Source: Eubacteriales Family XIII. Incertae Sedis bacterium
Lineage (GTDB): Bacteria; Bacillota; Clostridia; Peptostreptococcales; Anaerovoracaceae
Assembly (NCBI GenBank): GCA_031272365.1
Contig: JAISTX010000013.1
Coordinates: 256-64,255, forward strand
Direction: 5' to 3'
DNA: 64,000 nt
In this document: positions 26,978-35,899 of the stretch, piece by piece
How positions within the stretch are numbered: the stretch's first letter is position 1
Layout of the letters: each line of letters starts with the position of its first letter
The notes under the pieces: generated by a model
Seen by the model: the letters and a program-made list of their open reading frames with translations, nothing else
Database searches by the model: none
Told to the model about the DNA's origin: nothing
Program-made: the position numbers and the translations under genes

Positions 26978-27946
26978 ATGAACTCCATTGAAATATGTGC
27001 CGGGGCCGGAGGGCAGGCGCTGGGTCTTGAGCAGGCGGGGTTTGAGCACCTTGCCTTGGTGGAAATCGACCCGTCCGCGTGCGCGACCTTGCGGGAAAAC
27101 CGCCCTTCATGGAACATCATCGAAGGGGATGTCAAAGAAGTCTCTTTGGGAAGCTATGGCGGCATAGACCTGCTCGCCGGCGGCGTCCCCTGCCCCCCCT
27201 TTTCCGTCGCGGGCAAGCAGCTCGGCGGCGACGACGACCGCGACCTGTTCCCCGAGATGATCCGGCTGGCCAGGGAATGCAGCCCGAAAGCAGTGATGAT
27301 CGAAAACGTGAAGGGGATATTTGACCCAAAATTCGATTCCTACCGGGAAAGCATCCTGGCGCAGTTCGAGGCCATGGGATACCGCTGTTTTTGGGAATTG
27401 GTCGAGGCGAACCACTATGGCGTGCCCCAGCAGAGGACGCGCGCCATCCTCGTCGCGCTCAAAGCCGAGTACGCCGGGTCTTTTGCATGGCCGCTTGGCG
27501 TCTTGGCCCCGCCCCCGACCGTCGGGGATCTTCTTTTCCCGGAAATGGCTGCGGCCGGCTGGGAAGGCGCCGAGGAGTGGAGGCGTCGCGCGGACGGCGT
27601 CGCGCCAACGCTGGTCGGGGGGAGCAAAAAGCACGGCGGGGCGGATCTCGGGCCGACGCGCTCAAGAAAGGCCTGGGAGAAGCTTGGCGTGGATGGGGCC
27701 GGTTTGGCGGACCAGCCGCCGCAGAAGGGCTTCAGCGGCTTGCCGCGCCTGACCGTGGCCATGGCGGCGCTTCTCCAGGGCTTCCCGCCGGACTGGGTTT
27801 TTTCCGGGAAGAAGACGCCGGCATACAGGCAGGTGGGCAACGCTTTCCCGCCCCCCGTGGCAAAGGCGGTCGGCCAGGCGATCGCGTCGGCATTGGCGGC
27901 GGGCGAAGGCAAGGGCGAGAAGCAGGAAGCGAAAGTCGCCATATGA
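26978..27946 (+). CDS. DNA (cytosine-5)-methyltransferase
   Basis: Motif I EICAGAGGQALG, motif IV GGVPCPPFS, motif VI ENVKG, motif VIII QQRTRAILV, motif X GNAFPPPVA. Confidence 0.92.
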   Translation: MNSIEICAGAGGQALGLEQAGFEHLALVEIDPSACATLRENRPSWNIIEGDVKEVSLGSYGGIDLLAGGVPCPPFSVAGKQLGGDDDRDLFPEMIRLARECSPKAVMIENVKGIFDPKFDSYRESILAQFEAMGYRCFWELVEANHYGVPQQRTRAILVALKAEYAGSFAWPLGVLAPPPTVGDLLFPEMAAAGWEGAEEWRRRADGVAPTLVGGSKKHGGADLGPTRSRKAWEKLGVDGAGLADQPPQKGFSGLPRLTVAMAALLQGFPPDWVFSGKKTPAYRQVGNAFPPPVAKAVGQAIASALAAGEGKGEKQEAKVAI

Positions 27947-28524
27947 AAACGCCCGGCGCAAAAGCAAAGCTGCGGATGTACTTCCTTGAGCATGTCGGGG
28001 AGGTATTGGATTCCGGCATTCTGAGGGAAGTCGCCGGGACAAGCGAATGGGCGCGCCGTATCCGCGAGCTTCGCGACGAGGAGGGCTATCAAATCCTCAC
28101 GCACAACGATCGCGCGGATCTGAAACCGGGGCAGTATCTGCTGGAGGATTTGAGGCAGCGGCCCGCTTTTTCGCGCGAGATCAGCAAGGAGACGCGCGCC
28201 TATGTATTGGACCGCAACGGCTTCACGTGCCAGATGTGCGGCGCCGTCGCGGGGGAGCCGCACCCCTACGACCCTACGAAAAAAACAAGGCTGCACATCG
28301 CGCACATCATCGACAAGAGCGTAGGCGGCACGGACGACCCCTCGAACCTCCGCGCCATTTGCAGCGTGTGCAACGAAGGGGCGTCAAACATCACGCTCGA
28401 CAGGCCATCCTACGAAAAGCTCCTGATACAAGTCCGCAGGGCATCGGCCGTCGACCAGCTGAAGGTCTTGGAATGGCTCGCCGCAAAATTCCCCAATCAA
28501 GCGAAAACGATGATCGAAGGATAA
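27943..28524 (+). CDS. HNH (beta-beta-alpha-Me, Cys4 zinc) nuclease, probable type II restriction endonuclease
   Basis: CQMCG ... HIAHIIDKSVGG ... NLRAICSVCN. The ATG overlaps the methyltransferase stop (ATGA). Confidence 0.75.
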   Translation: MKTPGAKAKLRMYFLEHVGEVLDSGILREVAGTSEWARRIRELRDEEGYQILTHNDRADLKPGQYLLEDLRQRPAFSREISKETRAYVLDRNGFTCQMCGAVAGEPHPYDPTKKTRLHIAHIIDKSVGGTDDPSNLRAICSVCNEGASNITLDRPSYEKLLIQVRRASAVDQLKVLEWLAAKFPNQAKTMIEG

Positions 28525-28897
28525 AGGCCCCATCCTCTCCGCTCGGGTTTGGCCCGGGGCGACGGGGCCGTCATATGCACGAAACGGGAGGTGTCGGCGA
28601 TAGACCGAAGCACGGCGGTCGTGCCGGCCTGGATGGTTTGACACGGTAGCTGCCCCAAGCCGGCGCGCAAGCCGCGCCAAGGGGCGGTTTTGTCTGCCTC
28701 CGGCCCAAATTTTCAATTATTGAGATCTATTCCACCAGAAATATCCAGCACACCCATTTCCTAATACCACAATAACTGAAATAATGCCCCGCCCTCCGCC
28801 ACTCTTTTTTTGTATATTTGTAATATGCGGCCGGGATTTTTGGTTATAATTAGTACACGATACCACTCGGTAGTTGTTTGTATGGGAGAGAACAATC

Positions 28898-30613
28898 ATG
28901 AATATGAAAAAGATGTGGGTATTTGTAGCGGTGTTTGTTTTGGCGGCAGCGCTGTTTGCGGGTTGCGACAAGAAGGAGGACGGCGGCAGCGCGGGCGTGC
29001 CCCTGGGTGACGGGGGCGCCTCGGCGCGGGCGGAAGGAGACGGCGCGGCGGGCGGCGACGCGTTCGGGAGCCTCGACGCGCAGGCCGACCCGGTCACCGT
29101 CACGCGCACGGCGCTCGGCATGGAGGTGAAGCTGACGGCGCACCCGATCCAGAGCGACGGGACGCAGGCGGCACTCGTGGTCGACTACGAGCTGACCTCG
29201 GATCTCCCCGAGGGCGTGAGGAGCCTCGCGCTGTACCACTTCCTGTCCGTGGACGAAGTGACGGAATACGGCCCGGCGAGCATCCGGTTGTTCGACCTGC
29301 CGTCGCAGACGGCGTGGATCGAGCTCCCGCAGGAAAGCAACCAGTACCAGGACGCGGGGGCGTTCCGCGTCATGCCCGACAAGGACGGCAAGCCGGGCTA
29401 TACGGCGAGCAGCGTCCTGTCCCCCGACAGGCCGTTTGCTTCCAGCGTGACGCTGTACGCGGCGCCGGAGGGGCTGGACACGGTCGATGTCTTCCTGCCG
29501 GTGTTCGGCGTGATCCCGGACGTGCCCATCGTCAACGCGGACGGCGGCCTCGGCCCGTTCACGGAACTCACGGGCGCGCCCGCGGCCGGATCCGAGGCGG
29601 CCTGCACCGTGACGCTGCGGCGGTTCCTCGCGGACTACGAGGGCGAGATGTTCGTCGTGGACGAGGGCGAGGAGGCGACGCTGACGATCACGTCCGACGT
29701 GCTGTTCGCCACCGACGAGTACGAGCTGACGGCGGAGGCGCAGGAAGTCATCGCGCGCGCGGTCGAGCAGATCAAAGCCGAGTACGACAGCGGCACCGTC
29801 AAGGTCGTCGGCCACACGGACGACGTCGCCGACGACGCCTACAACCAGACGCTCTCGGAGAAGCGCGCCGAGTCGGTGCGCGCCGAGCTTGCGCCCCTGC
29901 TCGGCAGCGGCTACACGCTGACGGCCGAGGGCCGCGGCGAGACGGAGCCCCTCGCGGAGGGCACGTCCGCCGAAGCGCGCGCGGTCAACCGCCGCGTGGA
30001 CATCGTGATGTCCGGCGTGAAGCACGAGGACAAGGCGGAGGCCTTCCAGGCGGGCGACCTGCTCCCGGCAGACTACCCGACGGGCCAGGGCGGCGCGGAC
30101 TGGCTGGAATACCGCCAGGCGGGCGAGGACACGAACGTCGGCACAACGGTCTTCAAGGTCAGGGTCGAAAACCTCGTCCGCACGGAGAACGGCCTCGTCG
30201 GCTACCTCAGGATCGGCCTCGCGGAGGACGGCACCTTACCTGGGCTGACCAAGGCGCTGTACATGGTATACGCCGACCGCGCGACAAGCCGCGACCTCGC
30301 CGCGCGCGGCTACGTGTTGATGCAGAACATGATCGGCACCTTCCCCGTCGCGCTGCTCACGGCGGAGGGCCGGCTCTACGGCTACGACTACGTCGCCACC
30401 GACGCCGGCACGGGCGAAAATTATGTGAACATGGTCTGCAACAGCGGCACCGGCTTCGGGCCGACGTACGGCGATCTGCACGAGGGCGTGCTCGTCCCGA
30501 TGATCTGGCCCGACCCCGGCACGGACACGGTCACGATCGACGTAGACGGCGTCTTCCGCATCGAAAACGTGCCCGTCTCGGACGACGCGTCCCTGCTGGC
30601 CGCAGCCTATTGA
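28898..30613 (+). CDS. lipoprotein with a central OmpA/MotB-type peptidoglycan-binding domain
   Basis: Signal peptide with lipobox LFAGC. VKVVGHTDDVADDAYNQTLSEKRAESV...NRRVDIVM. The flanking domains were not recognised. Confidence 0.8.
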   Translation: MNMKKMWVFVAVFVLAAALFAGCDKKEDGGSAGVPLGDGGASARAEGDGAAGGDAFGSLDAQADPVTVTRTALGMEVKLTAHPIQSDGTQAALVVDYELTSDLPEGVRSLALYHFLSVDEVTEYGPASIRLFDLPSQTAWIELPQESNQYQDAGAFRVMPDKDGKPGYTASSVLSPDRPFASSVTLYAAPEGLDTVDVFLPVFGVIPDVPIVNADGGLGPFTELTGAPAAGSEAACTVTLRRFLADYEGEMFVVDEGEEATLTITSDVLFATDEYELTAEAQEVIARAVEQIKAEYDSGTVKVVGHTDDVADDAYNQTLSEKRAESVRAELAPLLGSGYTLTAEGRGETEPLAEGTSAEARAVNRRVDIVMSGVKHEDKAEAFQAGDLLPADYPTGQGGADWLEYRQAGEDTNVGTTVFKVRVENLVRTENGLVGYLRIGLAEDGTLPGLTKALYMVYADRATSRDLAARGYVLMQNMIGTFPVALLTAEGRLYGYDYVATDAGTGENYVNMVCNSGTGFGPTYGDLHEGVLVPMIWPDPGTDTVTIDVDGVFRIENVPVSDDASLLAAAY

Positions 30614-30642
30614 CCCGCATTTGCAACGGATGACGGAAATGC

Positions 30643-30672
30643 AAAGCCGATTGGGAAACCAGTCGGCTTTTC
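30643..30672 (+). terminator. intrinsic terminator after the lipoprotein gene (12-bp stem, GAAA tetraloop, T-run)
   Basis: aaagccgattgg-gaaa-ccagtcggcttttct. Confidence 0.6.
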
Positions 30673-30681
30673 TGCTATAAT
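30673..30681 (+). promoter_or_regulatory. extended -10 promoter (TGcTATAAT) 11 nt upstream of the gatC ATG
   Basis: tcTGcTATAATaattatttgttATG. There is no Shine-Dalgarno between the -10 and the start codon. Confidence 0.45.
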
Positions 30682-30692
30682 AATTATTTGTT

Positions 30693-30983
30693 ATGAAAAT
30701 TGACGACCGACTAATTGAATACCTTGCCGACCTTTCGCGGCTCGAATTGTCCGGGGAAGAGAAGGAAGCGCGGAAGAAAGACCTGGAGGACATCCTCGCC
30801 TATATGGAGAAGCTCGGGGAGCTCGACACGCAGGGGCTGCCGGAGATGACGCACCCCTTCGAGGCGCAGAACCGCTTCCGCGAGGATGAGGTGGCAAACC
30901 GGGATCGCAGGGAGGAGCTGCTGGGGGGGGCGCCGGACCGGTCCGGCCCCTATTTCCGCGTCCCCCGCGCGGTGGAGGAATGA
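30693..30983 (+). CDS. gatC: Asp-tRNA(Asn)/Glu-tRNA(Gln) amidotransferase subunit C
   Basis: IEYLADLSRLELSGEEKE...DLEDILAYMEKL. Confidence 0.9.
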   Translation: MKIDDRLIEYLADLSRLELSGEEKEARKKDLEDILAYMEKLGELDTQGLPEMTHPFEAQNRFREDEVANRDRREELLGGAPDRSGPYFRVPRAVEE

Positions 30984-30990
30984 GGCACCC

Positions 30991-32469
30991 ATGGATCTGG
31001 ACCTGAAGAAATCCACAGCGTTGGAAATAGCGAAAGCGATCCAGGAGCGGAAGCTCAGCAGCCCGGAGGTGACGCGCGCCTACCTCGACGCGGCGAAAGC
31101 GGATTTTGAAAAAGCCCCCGGGGATACAACGAAAATAAACGCCTACGCCTCCCTTGGCGAGGAGGCGGCGATGGCGCAGGCGCAGGCCGCGCAGAAACGC
31201 ATCGACGCCGGCGAGGCGCCCTCGCCGCTGGCGGGCGTGCCCGTCGCGCTCAAGGACATCATCTGCACGACGGAGGGCACGACGACGGCCTCCTCGAAAA
31301 TCCTCACGGGCTTCCGCGCGCCGTATGACGCGGGCGTGGTCGACCGGATGCGGGCGGCGGGGCTCGTGTTCCTCGGCAAGACGAATATGGACGAGTTCGC
31401 GATGGGCAGCTCGACGGAGACGTCGCACCTCGGCATCACGCGCAACCCGTGGGACACCGCGCGCGTGCCGGGCGGCAGCTCGGGCGGCAGCGCTGCGGCG
31501 GTCGCGGCGGGCCTGGCGCCCTTCGCGCTGGGCTCTGATACGGGCGGCTCGATCCGCCAGCCCTGCGCCCTCACAAACCTGACGGGCGTGAAGCCGACCT
31601 ACGGCAGCGTGTCGCGCTACGGCCTCATGGCCTACGGCAGCTCGCTCGACCAGATCGGCCCCATGGCGAAGGACGCGGCGGACGCGGCGGCGCTGCTCGC
31701 CGTCATCAGCGGCAAGGACGAGCGGGACAGCACGTCCGTCATGGAAAAGCCGTTCGACTTCTCGGATATCAATATGAAGGAAATCAAAATCGGCATCCCG
31801 CGCAACTACTTCGGGATGCCCGGCCTCGCGGACGACGTGAAGGCGTGCGTGCTCGGGGCGGCGGAGACCTTCCGCGCGCTCGGGGCCAAGGCCATCGACA
31901 TCGACCTGCCGCTCATCGACTACGCGGTACCGACCTACCTCATCATCGCCTGCGCGGAAGCGAGCTCGAACCTGTCGCGGTACGACGGCGTGAAATACGG
32001 CTACCGCAGCCCGGACGCCGCAGACATCCACGACGTCTACTACAAGACGCGCAGCGAGGGCTTCGGCACGGAGGTGAAGCGGCGCATCATCCTCGGCTCC
32101 TTCGTGCTGTCAAGCGGATACTTTGACGCCTACTACAAGAAGGCGCTTCAGGTGCGCGGCCTCATCCGCGCCGCCTTTGACAAGGCGCTCGAAGGCTGCG
32201 ACATGATCCTGTCGCCCGCGACGCCGACGGTCGCCTTCGAGATCGGCGGCAAGATCCAGGATCCAATCGCCATGTACCTCGCGGACATCTACACGACGTC
32301 CGTCAACCTGACGGGGCTGCCCGGCCTGGCCGCGCCCTGCGGGTTCGGCGAGGGCGGCCTGCCTGTCGGCATGCAGCTCATCGGGCGCGCGTGGGAGGAC
32401 GGCAGGCTCCTGTCCGCGGTCAAAGCCTACCAGGGCGCGACGGACTTCCACAAGAGGTGGCCGGCATGA
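30991..32469 (+). CDS. gatA: amidotransferase subunit A (amidase signature)
   Basis: GKTNMDEFAMGSSTE...GGSSGGSAAAVA...GSDTGGSIRQP. Confidence 0.93.
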   Translation: MDLDLKKSTALEIAKAIQERKLSSPEVTRAYLDAAKADFEKAPGDTTKINAYASLGEEAAMAQAQAAQKRIDAGEAPSPLAGVPVALKDIICTTEGTTTASSKILTGFRAPYDAGVVDRMRAAGLVFLGKTNMDEFAMGSSTETSHLGITRNPWDTARVPGGSSGGSAAAVAAGLAPFALGSDTGGSIRQPCALTNLTGVKPTYGSVSRYGLMAYGSSLDQIGPMAKDAADAAALLAVISGKDERDSTSVMEKPFDFSDINMKEIKIGIPRNYFGMPGLADDVKACVLGAAETFRALGAKAIDIDLPLIDYAVPTYLIIACAEASSNLSRYDGVKYGYRSPDAADIHDVYYKTRSEGFGTEVKRRIILGSFVLSSGYFDAYYKKALQVRGLIRAAFDKALEGCDMILSPATPTVAFEIGGKIQDPIAMYLADIYTTSVNLTGLPGLAAPCGFGEGGLPVGMQLIGRAWEDGRLLSAVKAYQGATDFHKRWPA

Positions 32470-35400
32470 GGAGGGGCTGGGAGATCGTCATCGGGCTGGA
32501 GGTCCACGTCGAGCTGTCGACGAAGACGAAGATCTTCTGCGGGTGCTCGACGGCATTCGGCGGCGAGCCGAACAGCCACACCTGCCCCGTCTGCCTCGGG
32601 ATGCCGGGCTCGCTGCCCGTGCTCAACAAGGCCGTGGTGGAGAAGGCCGTCGCGGCCGGCGTCGCGACGCACTGCGAAATACTGTCAACGAATTTGTTTG
32701 ACAGAAAAAATTATTTCTATCCAGACCTGCCGAAGGCCTACCAGATCTCGCAGCTGTACAGGCCGATTTGCCGGGACGGCTGGGTCGAGATCGACGCGGG
32801 CGCGGGGCCGAAGAAGGTGCGCATCCACGAGATCCACATGGAGGAGGACGCGGGCAAGCTCGTGCACGAAGGCGGCGTGAGCCTCGTGGACTACAACCGC
32901 TGCGGCGTGCCGCTCATCGAGATCGTGAGCGAGCCGGACATGCGCAGCGCGCAGGAGGTGGAGGCCTACCTCGCGGCGCTGAAGGAGGCGCTGGTCTACC
33001 TGGGCGTGTCCGACTGCAAGATGCAGGAGGGCTCGATGCGCGCGGACGTGAACCTGTCCGTGCGGGAGGCGGGCGCGGAGGCGTACGGCACGCGCACGGA
33101 GACGAAGAACATGAACTCGGTCAAGGCGATCATGCGGGCGATCGAGTGGGAAGCCGACCGGCAGATCGCGCTGCTCGAGAAGGGGCAGCAGGTCGTGCAG
33201 GAGACGCGGCGCTGGGACGACGCGGCGGGCGCCGGCTACGCGATGCGCAGCAAGGAGAACGCGCAGGACTACCGTTATTTCCCCGACCCCGACCTCGTGC
33301 CGCTGCACGTGGACGCGGCGTGGGTGGAGGAGATCGCCGCCCGCTTCCCGGAGCTTGCGCCGGAGAAGCGCGCGCGGTATGCGTCCGAGTACGGTCTCGC
33401 GCCGAAGACGGCGGCGGTGCTCACGCAGGAAAAGCGCGTCGCGGAGACCTTTGAAGCCATCACAGCCGCCCTTGGCGGCTCGCGTGCTGCGGCCGTCGAG
33501 GCCGCGAACGCGGTGACGGGCGAGCTGCTCCGGCTCCTCAAGGAGAGCGGGCAGGAGGCGGACGCGCTGTCCGTCGACCCCGGGAAGGTCGCGGGCGTGC
33601 TGCGCCTCGTGCTGGACCGGCGGATCAACCGCAACGCGGGCAAGGCCGCGATCGAGGCGGTGTACAAGGAGGATGTAGACCCCGAAGCGTACGTGCGGGA
33701 GCACGGGCTCCTCATCGAGGAGGACGCGGCGGGGCTGGCAGATGCGGTCGCGGGGGTGCTGGCCGCCAACGCGAAGTCCGTGGCGGACTACAAGGGCGGC
33801 AAGGAGAAGGCGTTCGGATTTTTGGTCGGGCAGACGATGCGGGCGCTCGGCGGGAGCGCGGACCCGGCCGCCGTGAACGAGGAACTGAAGAAGCAGCTCG
33901 GGGTTGCGGATGCTGCTGGCGGCGGCGCGGCCGTCGCGGCCGGTGCGGCTGGTGCAGCCGGCGCGGCGCCGGCTTCCCGGGAAGCTGGTGTGGAGGCAAA
34001 GGGCAAGCCCGCGGATGCGCGGGCGCAGGACGGCGGCGGGCGCGCGCCGCGCGCGGAAACGGCGGTTTCGCCTGCCGCGGAAACGGCTTTTGCGGGACCT
34101 GCGGAGGCGGAGGCGGCCATGGCTGCCCCGGTGGCCTTCTCGGGCCGCTACCGCGAGATGACCTGCGGGGAGCTGCGGGAGGCGCATGTCGGTATGGCCG
34201 TGAAGCTCGCCGGCTGGGTGCAGACGATCCGCGACCACGGCGGCATCATCTTCGTCGACCTGAGGGATATGTACGGCGTGACGCAGGTCGTCGTGACCGA
34301 GGAGCAGGCGGCCCTCATCGGCAAGGAGTATTCCATCTCGGTCACGGGCAGCGTGAAGCAGCGCGACGAGGAGACGTTCAACCCGCGCATCGCGACGGGC
34401 ACGGTCGAGCTGCGGGCGCAGGAGGTCGAGGTGCTCGGGCCCTGCCGGAGCGGCCTGCCGTTTGAGATTGACGAGTCGAGGGATACGCGCGAGGAGTTGC
34501 GGCTGAAATACCGCTACCTCGACTTGCGCAACCCGGCGCTGAAGAAAAACCTCCTGCTGCGCACCGACGTCATCCGGAAGCTGCGCGCCGAGATGGAGGC
34601 GCTGGGCTTCCTCGAGATCCAGACGCCGATCCTCGCAAACTCCTCCCCCGAGGGCGCGCGCGACTACCTCGTGCCGAGCCGCAAACACAAGGGGATGTTC
34701 TACGCGCTGCCGCAGGCGCCGCAGCAGTTCAAGCAGCTGCTCATGGTCGCCGGCTTCGACCGCTACTACCAGATCGCGCCGTGCTTCCGCGACGAGGACG
34801 CGCGCGCCGACCGGTCGCCGGGCGAGTTTTACCAGCTCGACTTCGAGATGGCCTACGCGACGCAGGAGGACGTCTTCGCCGTGTGCGAGCGCGTCCTTTT
34901 CGCGACGTTCGCGGCGTTCGCCGGCAGCAGGGCGATCTCCCCCCCGCCCTTCCGGCGCATCCCCTTCGCAGAGGCGATGCTCCGGTACGGGACGGACAAG
35001 CCGGATCTGCGCAACCCGCTCGTCATCTTCGACCTGTCAAGCTATTTCCTTGACACAGACTTCGCGCCCTTCCGGGGCAAGACCGTGCGGGCGATCCGCG
35101 TGCCCGGCGCGGCGGCGCAGCCCCGGTCGTTCTTCCGCGAGATGGAAAAGTTTGCGACGGGCGAGGTCGGCATGAAGGGGCTCGGCTACGTCACGGTGCA
35201 GGACGACCTGTCCTACAAGGGGCCGATCGACAAATTCCTGTCCGGCGCGAAGAAGGCGGAGCTGCTGCGCATCGCGGAGGGCGAGGGCCAGGCGCTCGCG
35301 CCCGGCGACGTGCTGTACTTCATCGCCGATGAGGAGGAGCTGGCCGCGAAGTTTGCGGGGCAGATCCGCACGGAGGCCGCGCGCCGGCTTGGCCTGATCG

Positions 35401-35897
35401 AGGAAGGCCGGTTTGACTTCTGCTTCATCACGGACTTCCCGATGTACGAATACAACGAGGAGCAGGGCAAGATCGACTTCACGCACAACCCGTTCTCCAT
35501 GCCGCAGGGCGAGATGGAGGCGCTGACGGCGAAGGATCCCCTGGACATCCTCGCGTGGCAGTACGACGTCGTCTGCAACGGGGTCGAGCTGTCGTCGGGC
35601 GCCGTCCGGAATCACAGGCCGGACGTCATGGTCAAGGCCTTCGAGATCGCCGGTTATTCCGAAAAAGATGTCGAGGAGAAATTCGGCGCCCTGTACAGCG
35701 CCTTCTCCTACGGGGCCCCGCCGCACGCCGGCATGGCGCCCGGCGTCGACCGCATGGTCATGCTGCTCGCGGGCGAGGAAAACATCCGCGAGACCATCGC
35801 CTTCCCGCTCAACGCGAGCGCGCAGAACCTGATGCTGGGCGCGCCGTCCGAGGTGACCGAGCAGCAGCTGCGCGAAGTGCACATCAAAATCCGCTGA
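32466..35897 (+). CDS. gatB-aspS: fusion protein: complete GatB + about 80-aa Ala/Gly/Pro/Glu linker + complete bacterial-type aspartate--tRNA ligase
   Basis: A single frame with no stop. GatB part: [24 protein letters not shown], YqeY-like tail ...NEELKKQLG. AspRS part: CGELR..[62 protein letters not shown], GAD-type insertion, [19 protein letters not shown]. Confidence 0.85.
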   Translation: [1143 protein letters not shown]

Positions 35898-35899
35898 CC

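Noticed and set aside
34119-35897. Annotating aspS as an ordinary separate gene starting at ATG 34119.
   Set aside because: There is no in-frame stop anywhere between the gatB start (32466) and 35895, so ribosomes translating gatB must continue into aspS. The internal start is kept only as a possible additional initiation site.
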